Assembly: GCA_918797485.1 (NCBI GenBank)
Contig: CAKKNE010000007.1
Coordinates: forward strand, 1-64,000
DNA from: Pelagomonas calceolata
Taxonomy: Eukaryota
DNA length: 64,000 nucleotides
Direction of reading: 5' to 3'
The first letter of the stretch is position 1. Each line of letters begins with the position of its first letter. A program made the translations under genes and the position numbers. Shown here one piece after another: positions 9,618 through 21,972 of this stretch. Below the pieces are notes generated by a model. The model did no database searches. It was not told where the DNA came from and saw only the letters and a program-made list of their open reading frames with translations.

Positions 9618-9962
9618 TTAATTACTTTGTAAAACTAAATAATCAAATGTTAAAGGATCATTTATTATAATCTCGGATAACATTTTTCGATTTAGTGCTA
9701 TTTTGTTTTGTTTAAATTTTGAACAAACTTGACTATAAGTTGTACCATGTCGTCGAATTTGACTATTTATACAACTAATCCAATTTCTACGTTGAACACG
9801 TTTAAATAGTTTTCGGCTAACATAAGAATAACGACGTGCCTTCATAACTTGTTGATTTGAAACACGAAATAATCTTGAGTGTGCACCCTTATAACCTTTT
9901 GCTAATTTTAAAACCGTTTTGCGACGCTTTCTCGCAACATTACCTCTTTTTATTCGTACCAT
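9618..9962 (-). CDS. rpl20: Ribosomal protein L20
   Basis: [14 protein letters not shown]...[15 protein letters not shown]. Confidence 0.97.
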   Translation of the reverse strand: MVRIKRGNVARKRRKTVLKLAKGYKGAHSRLFRVSNQQVMKARRYSYVSRKLFKRVQRRNWISCINSQIRRHGTTYSQVCSKFKQNKIALNRKMLSEIIINDPLTFDYLVLQSN

Positions 9963-9980
9963 ATTTTGATTATTAAAAAT

Positions 9981-10175
9981 TTAATATGGGAGCATAATCG
10001 CTATACTTTTCGCGTCACCTTTTGCAGCTACTGCCATAGTGGACATATGTCGCTTTTGTTTCGGTGACTTCTTTTCTAGAATATGGGATTTATACGGTCG
10101 TTTAAAAATAAACTTTCCATTTTTTGTTTTACGATACCGTTTATCGGCTGATCGTCGGGTTTTTAATTTCGACAT
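9981..10175 (-). CDS. rpl35: Ribosomal protein L35
   Basis: MSKLKT...KSHILEKKS...MLPY; upstream of rpl20. Confidence 0.95.
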   Translation of the reverse strand: MSKLKTRRSADKRYRKTKNGKFIFKRPYKSHILEKKSPKQKRHMSTMAVAAKGDAKSIAIMLPY

Positions 10176-10343
10176 AGCTAATTTTAAATAGTGTTATTTA
10201 CTCCGCTATACGAAAATATAACATATATGTATAAAAATTACAATAAAAGCGAGTAAAACGAATTAACAATTGGATTTTTAAAACTAGAAAAAGGGGCGGG
10301 GTTTAATAAAAATTAGGGATATCTAAATTCCCTAATTTTCCGG

Positions 10344-10445
10344 TTATAAGTTGCCTTTTTTGAATGCTAGGAACACAATTACTGCAGGTCCTGAACCTAG
10401 AACAAAAAGAATAGATAATATTTGTCCGAAAACTTGCCAATTCAT
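10344..10445 (-). CDS. ycf12: Photosystem II protein Psb30 (Ycf12)
   Basis: Manual translation MNWQVFGQIISILFVLGSGPAVIVFLAFKKGNL. Confidence 0.95.
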   Translation of the reverse strand: MNWQVFGQILSILFVLGSGPAVIVFLAFKKGNL

Positions 10446-10613
10446 AATTAAAACAGTTTCTATTTAATTGTATAAATAAAGCACGATAAAGAATTAGAAC
10501 TCTCTTCACTTTATATACTCTATAAACATTATAATGTATATTGAAGAAAAATTAATTAAACAACGAACTTTTTTTTTGTTTTAGCAATATTTTTGTATAA
10601 TATAAAATGATAA

Positions 10614-10685
10614 GGGTTGCTAACTCAATGGTAGAGTACTCGGCTTTTAACCGATAAGTTCTGGGTTCGAGCCCCAGGCAACCCA
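10614..10685 (+). tRNA. trnK: tRNA-Lys(UUU)
   Basis: Cloverleaf, anticodon TTT. Confidence 0.97.
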
Positions 10686-10807
10686 ATAGTCATATTTATC
10701 AATTTCTATACATGAAAATAGTATGTTTTTTATAACTTACTATTTTTTAGTTTTTCAGGTCGGTATACTAATTAACGTATGTAAGTATATTACGGTTGTT
10801 TATTTAA

Positions 10808-10880
10808 TACCCCCAAGGGAATTCGAATCCCTGTTACCTCCGTGAAAGGGAGGTGTCCTAGGCCTCTAGACGATGGGGGC
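10808..10880 (-). tRNA. trnE: tRNA-Glu(UUC)
   Basis: GCCCCCATCGTCTAGAGGCCTAGGAC..., anticodon TTC. Confidence 0.97.
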
Positions 10881-10944
10881 TTATACGATTAATACTAAAC
10901 TAGAATAGTATTATTGTCAATAAATATTTTAAACTCGATTATTT

Positions 10945-11475
10945 ATGGAAGATTTTTTAGCGAAATTTTATTTAGCAATTGTTTTTGGTGTCCTGCTTGT
11001 TAGCGCCTTATTTCTTGGTTATCAAATTCAATTAACCCAACAGTTAGAAAATAATTTGGATAAGTTCCGTACAAAAAAAACATCTGAAAAAGATTCGTAT
11101 CAAAATTTATTTAAATTAGGGCAATTGTATTTACGAAAGAAAATTTATAATAAAGCAATAGAAGAATTTCGTTCAAGCTTTAAAAAATGGGATAAAAATG
11201 ATAAGTTGGGAATTGCTAGTTTATTTAATACGTTAGGCTTTACTTATTACCAATTAAAGGAATATGAAATTGCTGCGTATTATTACAAAATTGCCCTGAC
11301 CGTTACTCCAGATTATGTAACTAGCTTAAGCAATTTAGCATATCTATATCAAAGTCAAAATCAGATTGATAATCTTCAACCTATTTATAAACAGCTAGCA
11401 GTATTAGATCCAAACAGTGAAAAAACTGCTGAAATAAATGATTATTTATCTAAACGATTAAAGAATTCGGAATAG
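10945..11475 (+). CDS. ycf37: TPR protein Ycf37 (PSI assembly)
   Basis: N-terminal hydrophobic helix plus TPR motifs (LGQLYL, NTLGFTYY, NLAYLY); 176 aa. Confidence 0.88.
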   Translation: MEDFLAKFYLAIVFGVLLVSALFLGYQIQLTQQLENNLDKFRTKKTSEKDSYQNLFKLGQLYLRKKIYNKAIEEFRSSFKKWDKNDKLGIASLFNTLGFTYYQLKEYEIAAYYYKIALTVTPDYVTSLSNLAYLYQSQNQIDNLQPIYKQLAVLDPNSEKTAEINDYLSKRLKNSE

Positions 11476-11540
11476 TAGGATTTGAACCTACGACATTCTG
11501 CTCCCAAAGCAGACGCGCTACCAAGCTGCGCTATATTCCG
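11467..11540 (-). tRNA. trnP: tRNA-Pro(UGG)
   Basis: Cloverleaf, anticodon TGG; overlaps the ycf37 stop region. Confidence 0.97.
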
Positions 11541-11679
11541 TTTTACAAATTATATCATAATATATTTGTATAAAAAAGAAAAAGTAAAAAATAACAAACA
11601 GATCTTCGGAACTATTTGTTATTTTTTACCTTGTAATGTCATATTTTTAAAAAATTGAAATAGGGAAGTTAGCTTATTT

Positions 11680-12066
11680 TTAGTCTATCCATTTATCAGC
11701 AACTAAATCTATCATGCCTTGTTCAGTTTTTACATAACTTACAGTCACGAAACCAAGAGTTTTTAACTCTTTATTTAGTAGCTCGGAAGCATATATTTGG
11801 TTAACTTTGTCTAAAAATAATTCCATTGACCAAGGTTGTTGCCAAAAACTTGTATCAGCAACTAATTCATACTCTTCACCATTAAATGCAAAACCAATGT
11901 CTGTAGAATTTGGCTGATGGATTACTAATTCAGCGTTAACTGTTTGATTTTGATAACCACGAATAGGTAAAGTCGTTTTCTCCCAATTAACATCTAATTG
12001 AGTCAAAACACTTTGTAAAGTGGCTAAATCGCGTATCGAAGTCTGAATTCGTGTAAAATGTGACAT
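11680..12066 (-). CDS. ycf35: Ycf35
   Basis: MSHFTRIQTSI...DIGFAFNGEEYELVAD..FWQQ signature. Confidence 0.92.
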   Translation of the reverse strand: MSHFTRIQTSIRDLATLQSVLTQLDVNWEKTTLPIRGYQNQTVNAELVIHQPNSTDIGFAFNGEEYELVADTSFWQQPWSMELFLDKVNQIYASELLNKELKTLGFVTVSYVKTEQGMIDLVADKWID

Positions 12067-12276
12067 CGTTAGTTAATCTCTTAATAATTAATTCGTAGAT
12101 CAAAAACTTTTAGCTAATTACGTTGATGGTTATATAACGAAAAAATATAATCTACTTAAATTATTATACGAAATAAATGTTTCTAAAACCTTTTTAAAAC
12201 GAAATTAAGATAGTTTTGTTAAAATTAATTTTTTTTCTAACTTTAATTTTTATGTTCGGCAATCTTTATATTCCGA

Positions 12277-12285
12277 TGATATAAT
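12277..12285 (+). promoter_or_regulatory. Extended -10 promoter upstream of rpoB
   Basis: TGATATAAT (TGn-TATAAT). Confidence 0.55.
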
Positions 12286-12492
12286 ATATGGTGCTCCTTT
12301 CGAATTAAATTTGCCAAATCTAATTTAAACATAAGCACTATTACAGGTTAAGCTGGTAGTGATTATGTATAGATTTGAGCGAGTCCTGAGGTACTTATTT
12401 ATTAGTTTTAATTTAACTGTATTTTTATGTTGTTCTACGGTTAATTGTATTACATTTTAATTTTTGAACAAATTTTATTGCCCTATTTATGT

Positions 12493-15400
12493 ATGGATAA
12501 CCAATTATTTGTTACTACGATACCCCATTTTTCTGAAACTAACTTAAATAGTTTTTGTTGGTTTTTAGAGTATGGTCTTTCAGATGAATTACGTAATTTT
12601 GCGTCTGCTTTAAATTTAAACGAAAAGTTAAATATCCGAGTTTATAGTGAGGAATTTGTTTTAAAGCGCCCAAAGTATTCATCTGTTCAATGTAAACGAT
12701 ATGATTTAACTTATGCTATTCGTATTTATGTACCTATTGAATTAATTGAAGAAGGTACAGTTAATGAGTATTTAGCCTTTTTTGGGGAAATACCATTAAT
12801 GACTGAAGAAGGTACGTTTATCATAAATGGATGTGAAAGAGTCATTATAAACCAAATTATTCGAAGCCCTGGTATTTATTATCGTCGTGAAACGCAAGAA
12901 AAGACCTTACAATACAGTGCAACTTTGATTTCGGATCGTGGTTCTTGGTTGAAGTTTGAGTTTGAAACAGGTACGGTTCAAATTCGTTTAAATAAAGCAA
13001 CAACTGTAGATTTTTATCATTTGTTAGAGACATGCGGAATAACAAATTTTGACCCTAGCACCAAGTTTAATTTAGCTATTTTAAACAAATCAATACAGCA
13101 AACCCCTATTAGTGATTTTGATACTAATCTTTTAACAAAGAATTTAACGAATAACCAAAATATTAATTTTGATTCTAATAAGGGTTCTCAAGATAACTAT
13201 TTACAGATTTTTAACGAAAAAGTTTATAGTTTAGGAAAAATTGGCCGAAAAAAATTAAATTCAAGATTAGGATTATCTATTCCCGATTCTATAACACGGG
13301 TGACAATAGATGATGTGATTGCTATTTCAAATTATTTAGTAGATTTACACGCAAATTTAGGTGAATTAGATGATATTGATAATTTGCGTAATAGACGAGT
13401 CCGTTCAATCGGAGAATTACTACAGATTCAATACGGCATAGGACTTAGTCGATTAGAACGCTCTATTAACGAACGTCTAATGATAACAAATTCAACAGCG
13501 TTTAAAGTAGCAACAATTATTAATCCAAAGCCAATCATCGCTTCGATTAAGGAATTTTTTGGTTCTAGTCAATTATCACAATTTATGGATCAAACTAATC
13601 CGATCGCGAGTTTAACGCACAAGCGTCGAATAAGTAGTTTAGGGCCGGGTGGGTTAAATCGGGATCGTTTATCTTTAGCGGTACGTGATATTCATCCAAG
13701 CCACTATGGTCGTATTTGTCCAGTTGAGACACCCGAAGGCCAAAACGCTGGAATCATTGCCTCATTAGCCTGTTACGCTCGGATAAATGAATCCGGGTTT
13801 TTAGAGACTCCATTTTTTAAAATGAAGCAAGGGCAAGTTCTTGATAATCAACTACCTATTTATTTAACTACAGAAGAAGAAGAAGTTATCGAAACAGCTC
13901 CAGCTGATCGGGTGCTAAATGCAGCATTCTCAAGTTTAAATGAGCAATTAGTCCCTATTCGCTACAAAAATGAGTTTAGTTTGGTCCCAATTAATCAGGT
14001 TAAGCTCGTTTCTGTTTCTCCATTACAAAACTTCTCAGTTGCGACTTCTTTAATTCCATTCTTAGAGCATAATGATGCTAACCGAGCTCTTATGGGGTCT
14101 AATATGCAACGACAATCTGTGCCGTTGTTGTATCCTCATAAACCAATTGTAGGAACAGGATTAGAGCATCAGTTAGCAACGGATTCGGGTGCTGTTTTAA
14201 TAAATAAATTTGATGGAACCGTAAAATATGTTTCTTCACGTTTAATCAGTATTGAAACACCTGAAAAGAATTTAATCAATTATAAATTACAAAAATATGC
14301 GCGTTCAAATCAAGATACGTGCATAAATCAAAGACCGCTGGTTTGGCCAAATGAAAATGTTACGTCTGGTCAAATTATTGCGGATGGACCCGGAACAAAT
14401 GGTGGAGAACTAGCATTAGGTCAAAATCTTCTAGTAGCTTATATGCCATGGGAAGGTTACAATTACGAAGATGCTATATTAGTAAATGAGCGTTTAGTTC
14501 AAGAAGATTTATTTACATCAATTCATATTGAAAAATTTGATTTAGAAATCCGTCAAACGACATTTGGTGTCGAAAAAATAACACGAGATTTACCGAATGT
14601 AAACGATGATGCGGTTAGCAATTTAGATAGTAATGGAATTGTTTGTAAAGGAACATTTGTTAAGTTTGGAGATATTTTAGTTGGAAAAGTAACGCCAAAA
14701 GATGAAACTGATCAATTACCGGAAGGGCGTTTATTGCGCGCGATTTTTGGTGAGAAAAGTAAAAATGTTTCTGATAATTCATTACGAGTACCAAAAGGAA
14801 CATCGGGGCGTGTAATTAACGTCCGCGTATTTAGACGAACTAAAGGTTATGAATTATCTGATGGTTCCATTTCTTTAGTTAGAATTTTTATTGCTCAGAT
14901 TCGAAAAATACAAGTTGGTGATAAAATTGCCGGTCGACATGGAAATAAAGGCATAGTGTCTCGTATATTACCCAGACAAGATATGCCATTTTTACCAAAT
15001 GGTATGCCCGTAGACTTACTATTAAACCCATTAGGCGTTCCCTCACGTATGAATGTAGGTCAAATTTTTGAGTGTTTATTAGGATTAGCAGGTTCAAAGC
15101 TTAATCGTCGTTTTAAAATAACGCCTTTTGATGAAATGTACGGGACTGAAACTTCTCGTAACCTTGTTAATGGTTATTTACAAAAAGCAGCGGAAAAAAC
15201 TAATGAAGCATGGCTATATAATTCTTCGTTACCCGGACGCATAGTTTTACGCGATGGACGAACTGGCAAATTATTTGATAACCCAGTTTTAGTTGGAAAA
15301 ACTTATATGTTGAAATTAATTCACCAAGTCGATGATAAAATGCATGCGCGTTCAACGGGCCCTTATTCTTTGATTACACAACAACCTTTGGGGGGTAAAT

Positions 15401-15738
15401 CTCGCCATGGTGGCCAAAGGTTTGGTGAAATGGAAGTATGGGCTTTGCAAGCTTTTGGTTGTGCTTATACATTGCAAGAGTTGCTGACATTGAAATCAGA
15501 TGATATGGAAGGTCGAAATGAAGTTTTAAATGCGATTATAAAAGGTTTACCGATACCTAAACCTGGAATTCCCGAATCGTTTAAAGTTTTAATTCGTGAA
15601 TTACATTCTTTAGGTTTAGATATTTCGCTTTACAAAATGGATAAAGTGTCAAGCGGAAAAACTAATGAAACTGAAGTTGACTTATTACGCCATTATGAGA
15701 AAAACTTGAAACGTTCATTGCCATTGTACACATTGTAA
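12493..15738 (+). CDS. rpoB: RNA polymerase beta subunit
   Basis: RpoB motifs (QFMDQTNP, GDKIAGRHGNKG, GGQRFGEMEVW); ATG at 12493 preferred over upstream TTG at 12445. Confidence 0.98.
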   Translation: MDNQLFVTTIPHFSETNLNSFCWFLEYGLSDELRNFASALNLNEKLNIRVYSEEFVLKRPKYSSVQCKRYDLTYAIRIYVPIELIEEGTVNEYLAFFGEIPLMTEEGTFIINGCERVIINQIIRSPGIYYRRETQEKTLQYSATLISDRGSWLKFEFETGTVQIRLNKATTVDFYHLLETCGITNFDPSTKFNLAILNKSIQQTPISDFDTNLLTKNLTNNQNINFDSNKGSQDNYLQIFNEKVYSLGKIGRKKLNSRLGLSIPDSITRVTIDDVIAISNYLVDLHANLGELDDIDNLRNRRVRSIGELLQIQYGIGLSRLERSINERLMITNSTAFKVATIINPKPIIASIKEFFGSSQLSQFMDQTNPIASLTHKRRISSLGPGGLNRDRLSLAVRDIHPSHYGRICPVETPEGQNAGIIASLACYARINESGFLETPFFKMKQGQVLDNQLPIYLTTEEEEVIETAPADRVLNAAFSSLNEQLVPIRYKNEFSLVPINQVKLVSVSPLQNFSVATSLIPFLEHNDANRALMGSNMQRQSVPLLYPHKPIVGTGLEHQLATDSGAVLINKFDGTVKYVSSRLISIETPEKNLINYKLQKYARSNQDTCINQRPLVWPNENVTSGQIIADGPGTNGGELALGQNLLVAYMPWEGYNYEDAILVNERLVQEDLFTSIHIEKFDLEIRQTTFGVEKITRDLPNVNDDAVSNLDSNGIVCKGTFVKFGDILVGKVTPKDETDQLPEGRLLRAIFGEKSKNVSDNSLRVPKGTSGRVINVRVFRRTKGYELSDGSISLVRIFIAQIRKIQVGDKIAGRHGNKGIVSRILPRQDMPFLPNGMPVDLLLNPLGVPSRMNVGQIFECLLGLAGSKLNRRFKITPFDEMYGTETSRNLVNGYLQKAAEKTNEAWLYNSSLPGRIVLRDGRTGKLFDNPVLVGKTYMLKLIHQVDDKMHARSTGPYSLITQQPLGGKSRHGGQRFGEMEVWALQAFGCAYTLQELLTLKSDDMEGRNEVLNAIIKGLPIPKPGIPESFKVLIRELHSLGLDISLYKMDKVSSGKTNETEVDLLRHYEKNLKRSLPLYTL

Positions 15739-15765
15739 ATATTTGTATTTTAGAAAAGCAGCCGT

Positions 15766-17577
15766 ATGACAAAATTCAATGAAAGTTTTGATTACATAAA
15801 AATAAATTTAGCATCACCTGAGCGTATTAAACAATGGACTTCTGATACTGTCCGTTCAACGACTGGTGGTTCGGGTGAAGTAACAAAATCTGAAACTATA
15901 AATTACCGAACATTTAAGCCCGAAATGGGTGGACTATTTTGTGAAAGAATTTTTGGGCCCGTTAAAAGTTGGGAATGTCATTGTGGAAAGTATAAACGAA
16001 TTCGTCAACAAGTTTTAGTATGTGAACGTTGTGGAGTAGAAGTTACCGAATCACGTGTAAGACGCCATCGAATGGGGTATATAAAATTAGAGTATCCCGT
16101 TGCTCACATATGGTATGTTCGGAGTTTTCCTAGTTATATCTCATTATTGTTAGGAATTAAACGACGAGAATTAAAAGAAATAATTTATTTTAATGAAATA
16201 AATTTCCGCCATTTTGATAATAAGTTGTTAAATTGGGCAAAAAATGTGTATGGAAACAACAAACCAAAAGCTGGTGCTGAACTTATATCTGATTTACTAG
16301 AAAACTTAGATTTAGAGAAAGTTGTTAATTCTTGTCGTACCTCTTACACAACAGCGTCGACATCAGATAAAGAAAAACTTATTAAACGGATACGTATTTT
16401 AGAAAATTTTATTGCAACAAAATCAGACCCAACATGGATGTTGCTTTCTATTATACCCGTTTTACCACCAGGTTTACGACCAATGGTGCAATTAGAAGGT
16501 GGAAGATTTGCAACTTCCGATTTAAATGAATTATATCGTCGAGTAATAAATCGTAATAATCGTTTAAGACGTTTTTTCGAAATTTATGCCCCTGAAATTA
16601 TTATCCGTAATGAAAAACGGATGTTGCAGGAAGCCGTTGATGCTTTAATTGATAATGGTCATAGAGAGAAAAAAGCGGTTGGCCTAAATAATCGACCATT
16701 AAAATCATTATCCGATATCTTATCAGGGAAACAAGGACGTTTTCGTCAAAATCTTTTAGGAAAACGGGTAGACTATTCTGGTCGATCTGTTATTATTGTT
16801 GGCCCTGAATTAAAATTAAATCAATGCGGCTTACCATATGAAATTGCCTGTGAATTATTCCAACCATTTTTAATTCATCGTTTAATTCAATTAGGGTACG
16901 CGGGAAATATGAAAATTGCTAAACGTTTAATTCAAGAGAAGGATGAAAGAATTTGGGAAGCTTTAAAAAATGTTTTAGAAGGATTCCCAATATTTTTAAA
17001 TCGTGCACCGACGTTGCATCGATTAGGTATTCAAGCATTTGAGCCGATTATAGTCGATGGTCGTGCGATACGTTTACACCCATTAGTTTGTCCCGCTTTT
17101 AATGCGGATTTTGATGGTGATCAAATGGCAATTCATGTTCCTTTATCAATTGAATCACAGGCAGAATCCTACTTATTAATGTTAGGCCCTAATAATTTTA
17201 TGTCACCGGCAACCGGTGAACCTATTTTATTACCCAGTCAAGATATGGTATTAGGTTCGCATTATTTAACGTCACAAAGTCGTTCAAACTTTAAGGGTAG
17301 CTATCAATATTTTGGGAATGTCGAGTCTGTATTACAGGCTTATAATTGTGACAAAATAGCTTTACATTCTTCAATTTGGTTACGATTCAATGGTCAAACC
17401 CAAACTTCGACACCCCCTATTCTTTTAGATAGCATCCGAATGTCGGATGGAAGTGTTATATACGTTTATAACGATAGGCAAATTAGAAAAAAAGAGGGTG
17501 AGACGTTGGTTACTTATATTTTGACAACTCCCGGACGTGTTTTATTTAATAATCTAATTTATTCTGTTTTAGCATGA
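15766..17577 (+). CDS. rpoC1: RNA polymerase beta' N-terminal part
   Basis: Zn finger and catalytic NADFDGD motif. Confidence 0.98.
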   Translation: MTKFNESFDYIKINLASPERIKQWTSDTVRSTTGGSGEVTKSETINYRTFKPEMGGLFCERIFGPVKSWECHCGKYKRIRQQVLVCERCGVEVTESRVRRHRMGYIKLEYPVAHIWYVRSFPSYISLLLGIKRRELKEIIYFNEINFRHFDNKLLNWAKNVYGNNKPKAGAELISDLLENLDLEKVVNSCRTSYTTASTSDKEKLIKRIRILENFIATKSDPTWMLLSIIPVLPPGLRPMVQLEGGRFATSDLNELYRRVINRNNRLRRFFEIYAPEIIIRNEKRMLQEAVDALIDNGHREKKAVGLNNRPLKSLSDILSGKQGRFRQNLLGKRVDYSGRSVIIVGPELKLNQCGLPYEIACELFQPFLIHRLIQLGYAGNMKIAKRLIQEKDERIWEALKNVLEGFPIFLNRAPTLHRLGIQAFEPIIVDGRAIRLHPLVCPAFNADFDGDQMAIHVPLSIESQAESYLLMLGPNNFMSPATGEPILLPSQDMVLGSHYLTSQSRSNFKGSYQYFGNVESVLQAYNCDKIALHSSIWLRFNGQTQTSTPPILLDSIRMSDGSVIYVYNDRQIRKKEGETLVTYILTTPGRVLFNNLIYSVLA

Positions 17578-20500
17578 AACAAGAGATCTTCTATAATAAA
17601 ACTATAAATAAGAAAGAACTCAAATCGATAGTTCATTCAGCTTTTCAATCATATGGAATTGTAAAAGCAACAAATTTGGCCGAATGTTTAAAAAAAGAGG
17701 GTTTCTCTTTTGCGACTCAAGCAGGAATTTCGATTAGTGTCGAAGATTTAAAAGTACCACCAACGAAAAATTCATTATTTTTAAAAAATAACAAACAAAT
17801 CAATTTAGCGTATTTTTATGAAAAACGGGGAAACATTAATGAAGTTGAACGTTTCCAAAAAGTTATTGATACTTGGCACACTACTAGTGAGATTTTAAAA
17901 AATCAATTAGTTGATTTTTTTAAAAGTACAGACCCATTGAACCCTGTTTACATGATGGCCTTTTCGGGGGCCCGGGGGAATTTATCTCAGGTTCGTCAAC
18001 TGGTCGGAATGCGCGGATTAATGTCTGATCCAAATGGTCAAATTATTGATTTGCCGATTAAAGCAAATTTTCGCGAAGGTTTAAGTATTACGGATTATGT
18101 AATTTCCTCTTATGGAGCTCGAAAAGGGATTGTTGATACAGCTTTAAAAACTGCGGATTCTGGATATTTGACTCGAAGATTAGTTGATGTGGCTCAACAT
18201 GTTATTATTCGAGAATTAGATTGTGAAACGAAAAATGGTGTTAGAGTTTTGTATGACCCAGATCAAAATCAAGATGGTCGTTATTTTGGTCGTGTTTTAG
18301 CTAAATCTGTGTATAATCCTGTTTCGGGTGATCTGATTCTTGAGAGAAATACGCCCTTAACTCTATCGAAATTACGAAAAATAAATTTCAAAACTCCTTT
18401 AATTCTCCGTTCGCCATTGATTTGTGAAGCTAGTAATTCAATTTGTCAAAAATGTTATGGGTGGAACTTATCTCAAGGTAAACTAGTTGAATTAGCGGAT
18501 GCCGTTGGTGTAATTGCAGCTCAATCAATTGGTGAACCTGGTACTCAGCTTACAATGCGGACCTTCCATACCGGGGGTGTTTTTACTGGTGAAAGTAGTA
18601 ATCAGATTTACAGTGCTATTGATGGTCAGATACTTTTTTCTTCTACCCTTAAGACGTCAACGTCTCGAACAATCTATGGGGAAATTATTTTAAAAGCTAT
18701 CAATAGTAGTGAATTTTTTATTTTTGATAAGTCCAAAAAGACGTTGAAAAAATATATTATTAAACCTGAGATGCTTTTATTTGTAAATAATAAAAGTTTT
18801 GTGAAAAAAGGTGATGTATTAGCGGAATTGCCATTAACGAATAAACGTACCACTACTCAATTAAATGATATTTTTACCCCAATTTCAGGAGAAGTGCAAT
18901 TCCAAAACGTTACTTTTGATGACAAGAATACATTGACTAATAATGGTTTGATTTGGATTGCAGCTGGTGAAATTTATGACATTTTACCATCGATGTTAAT
19001 CAAAAAGAAGAAAGTAAAAGTTGTAAAAAATAATGCAATCGCCCAAACAAAAATTATAAGCCCGATTGGTGGTATCGTAAAATCGAGTAAAATTGGGCAA
19101 AGTGTTAATAATTATATTGTTTCATCACCTTCGATTTTTATTCAAAATAAATTATTTAAAACAGCAAACAATCAACTTTTTTTATTGGGAATCGATGGGG
19201 AAATTTTTAAATTAAATTTAACGGAATCAACAATTAGTGCTGCTGTTCTTAGCAAAAAATATTTATTATTGAATTCTTCCATTTGTTCTTACTCACGGAC
19301 GGACATTTTAGAGAATGGTCAAATTAAAAATTTAAGTAGCGTATTATTTTGTCCTTTAAGTGGGAATTCTAAGGCTTTAAAAAGTAAAAATATAAATATT
19401 GAATCGTTTTTAGTTGATAATACTAAAGAAAATTCTCAACTTGAAAAGAAAATTTTATATCCAGGTGAAATTCTTTTCAATAAAATTGAGATTTCTCATT
19501 TATCTTATTGTCAATTTACAGAAATTAATGATAAAAAAATACGAATTATTCTTCTTCCGTTAAAACAAGGAATAATTCCGAAATCGATAAATTGTTCCGA
19601 TGCTATTTTAAATAGGAATACAGGTGCTGCAAATTCAAATATTACATATTTAACAGTAGAGAACAACGGTACCATTGAACCGGAAACTTCGTTTTCAGAA
19701 ACAATTCTAAATTTAAATTCTTCGAACGATAGACAATTGTCACCCATAAATACTCGTTTGCAATTTTTAAAATTAAATGAAAATGAGAAGAAACAATTAT
19801 GTTTACTTAATATTTATAAAATTCCAGTAAATTTAAAGAATAATAATTCAAATAAAAATGTTATTTCTTATTTAATTCGACCAAATCAAATCATTGAGCC
19901 ATATTCGATTGTTGCAACGTCAAATATCATTACTAATGAATTGATAAACATTAAAAATTTTAAAAATAGTAATAAAAATCTAAATCGATTTTTAGTCTCT
20001 TCTTCTAAAGATTATAAAAAATTATCTTTTCCTGTAGCTTCAAATCAAAAATTTTTTGTTTTAGGGGATGATTCTAAAAAGGGTCATCTTTTTGATTATT
20101 CTGGATATATTATACCTGATCAAAAAAGTTCCGATTCGATAATTCGCATAAGTGCTCCGTTTTTTGTTTCACAAGGAACACGAATTCTAACACGACACGG
20201 CTCATTAATTAAAAAGGGGGAATCGTTATGCCAATTAGTTTATACGCGTGTTATAAGTGACGATATTGTGACTGGTTTACCACGAATTGAACAATTGCTT
20301 GAAGGACGATTGGAAAAAAATCCTTGTGAATTAGTGCAATGGCCCGGTGTTGTTAAAAGCATAAATGATGAAACCGTTACTATTATTGAGAAAAAAACAA
20401 TTCGTGATTATAAACTAACCTCTGGAATTTCAAGCCTTCTAAAAAAAGGTAAACCAGTTTCGGTTGCTCAACCTTTAGATACTCGGTTAGTTCATCCACA

Positions 20501-21032
20501 TAATGTTTTACAGGTTTATTTTCATTATTATTGTGCTTTTTATTCTTTGGAAAAAGCAACAAAACGCAGTATCACAGCAATTCAAATTTTATTATTAAAT
20601 TTAGTTCAAGATGTTTATCGTTCTCAAGGAATCTATATTTCTGATAAACATGTCGAAATTATTGTTCGTCAAATTACATCAAAAGTAAAAATTTTAAAAG
20701 TAAACAACGAAACAACATTCACTGTTGGTGAAGTCGTTCAATTTGATCAAATTGTCTATATTAATCGGGCCCTACGTTCAACTAATTCATCATTAATCGA
20801 ATATGAACCTGTTTTACTCGGCATTACTAAAGTCTCATTAATGACGGAAAGTTTTATTTCAGCGGCTAGTTTCCAAGAAACAACCCGTATTTTAACACAG
20901 GCAGCTGTTGAAGGAAAAGTTGAATGGTTGCGCGGATTAAAAGAAAATGTTATTCTTGGACGTTTAATTCCAGCAGGTACTGGTTTTAAATCTTTTAATA
21001 GTACATCAATGTTAAATGTTCGTTTAGATTAA
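17574..21032 (+). CDS. rpoC2: RNA polymerase beta'' subunit
   Basis: [35 protein letters not shown] 4-nt overlap with rpoC1. Confidence 0.98.
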   Translation: MKQEIFYNKTINKKELKSIVHSAFQSYGIVKATNLAECLKKEGFSFATQAGISISVEDLKVPPTKNSLFLKNNKQINLAYFYEKRGNINEVERFQKVIDTWHTTSEILKNQLVDFFKSTDPLNPVYMMAFSGARGNLSQVRQLVGMRGLMSDPNGQIIDLPIKANFREGLSITDYVISSYGARKGIVDTALKTADSGYLTRRLVDVAQHVIIRELDCETKNGVRVLYDPDQNQDGRYFGRVLAKSVYNPVSGDLILERNTPLTLSKLRKINFKTPLILRSPLICEASNSICQKCYGWNLSQGKLVELADAVGVIAAQSIGEPGTQLTMRTFHTGGVFTGESSNQIYSAIDGQILFSSTLKTSTSRTIYGEIILKAINSSEFFIFDKSKKTLKKYIIKPEMLLFVNNKSFVKKGDVLAELPLTNKRTTTQLNDIFTPISGEVQFQNVTFDDKNTLTNNGLIWIAAGEIYDILPSMLIKKKKVKVVKNNAIAQTKIISPIGGIVKSSKIGQSVNNYIVSSPSIFIQNKLFKTANNQLFLLGIDGEIFKLNLTESTISAAVLSKKYLLLNSSICSYSRTDILENGQIKNLSSVLFCPLSGNSKALKSKNINIESFLVDNTKENSQLEKKILYPGEILFNKIEISHLSYCQFTEINDKKIRIILLPLKQGIIPKSINCSDAILNRNTGAANSNITYLTVENNGTIEPETSFSETILNLNSSNDRQLSPINTRLQFLKLNENEKKQLCLLNIYKIPVNLKNNNSNKNVISYLIRPNQIIEPYSIVATSNIITNELINIKNFKNSNKNLNRFLVSSSKDYKKLSFPVASNQKFFVLGDDSKKGHLFDYSGYIIPDQKSSDSIIRISAPFFVSQGTRILTRHGSLIKKGESLCQLVYTRVISDDIVTGLPRIEQLLEGRLEKNPCELVQWPGVVKSINDETVTIIEKKTIRDYKLTSGISSLLKKGKPVSVAQPLDTRLVHPHNVLQVYFHYYCAFYSLEKATKRSITAIQILLLNLVQDVYRSQGIYISDKHVEIIVRQITSKVKILKVNNETTFTVGEVVQFDQIVYINRALRSTNSSLIEYEPVLLGITKVSLMTESFISAASFQETTRILTQAAVEGKVEWLRGLKENVILGRLIPAGTGFKSFNSTSMLNVRLD

Positions 21033-21096
21033 ATAATTCGTATTCATATGATAATATGAAGATATATATACAAATAGTATTTTAAAAATAACAAAT

Positions 21097-21777
21097 ATGG
21101 CTGATATAAAAATAGCCCAACTTTTAAAAGCAGGTGTGCATTTTGGGCATAAAACACCACGCTGGAATCCAAAAATGTTTCCATATATTTATATGGAGCG
21201 AAACGGGATCCATATTCTTGATTTAGTACAGACTTCACAATTATTACAAGAAGCTTGTGATTTTGTGCAAGAAGCAGCAGAGCAAAGAAAAACATTTCTT
21301 TTTGTTGGAACAAAACCACAAGCAGTTGAAATTATAAAAGATGAAGCTATTAGATGTGAGTCTTTTTATGTTAATCATCGTTGGTACGGTGGTTTATTAA
21401 CAAATTGGCAAACTGTAAAAGGTCGCATTGCTACATTAAAAAAATTGGAAGAACAAGAAGAAACGGTTTTTCCTACTCTTCCGAAAAAAGAAGCTGCATC
21501 ATTAAAAAAACAATTAACAAAATTGCGTACTCAATTAAATGGTGTAAAAAATATGGATCGTATTCCAGATATCATGATTGTTATAGATCAAAATCATGAA
21601 TTAACTGCAATTCGCGAAGCAATAAAATTGAATATACCAATTATCTCAATTTTGGATAGCAATTGTGATCCAGATTTAATTGATGTCCCAATTCCAGGCA
21701 ATGATGATGCAATTAGCTCTATCAAAATTATTTTGGAAGCATTAACTGATAGTATTCGTATTGGACGTCAATTATAA
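21097..21777 (+). CDS. rps2: Ribosomal protein S2
   Basis: AGVHFGH...WNPKM, PGNDDA. Confidence 0.98.
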   Translation: MADIKIAQLLKAGVHFGHKTPRWNPKMFPYIYMERNGIHILDLVQTSQLLQEACDFVQEAAEQRKTFLFVGTKPQAVEIIKDEAIRCESFYVNHRWYGGLLTNWQTVKGRIATLKKLEEQEETVFPTLPKKEAASLKKQLTKLRTQLNGVKNMDRIPDIMIVIDQNHELTAIREAIKLNIPIISILDSNCDPDLIDVPIPGNDDAISSIKIILEALTDSIRIGRQL

Positions 21778-21784
21778 TTTTGTA

Positions 21785-21811
21785 ATTAGGAAACTAATTT
21801 AGTTTCCTAAT
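21785..21811 (+). terminator. Stem-loop after rps2
   Basis: ATTAGGAAACTAA-T-TTAGTTTCCTAAT. Confidence 0.75.
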
Positions 21812-21972
21812 ATTTTTATTATTTATATCATTGTGTATTTTTACACGCTAATTAGAAAAGTCTTTAGTACAATGAGGTTGTTAAGAAATACTGATATGAC
21901 AAATACATTTTTATAAAGATTTATTTTGTGATGTCAGGTTGTAAGTATTTATTTATTTAAAAAAAGTACCCA

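Noticed and set aside
10303..10509. 68-aa minus-strand ORF
   Set aside because: Overlaps the genuine ycf12 in another frame
10713..10835. Small hydrophobic ORF MFFITYYFLVFQVGILIN... as petL
   Set aside because: Only compositional resemblance in T-rich DNA; lacks the GL..IKLI end and runs into antisense trnE
12445..12492. TTG-initiated N-terminal extension of RpoB
   Set aside because: T-rich leader; ATG at 12493 gives a normal-length N-terminus
19000..20150. AT-rich, Asn/Lys-rich middle of rpoC2 as an intein or insertion
   Set aside because: Corresponds to the normally fast-evolving lineage-specific insertion of beta''; no intein terminal motifs seen
21778..21972. Absence of tsf between rps2 and atpI
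   Set aside because: Common loss in secondary red plastids; no remnant visible
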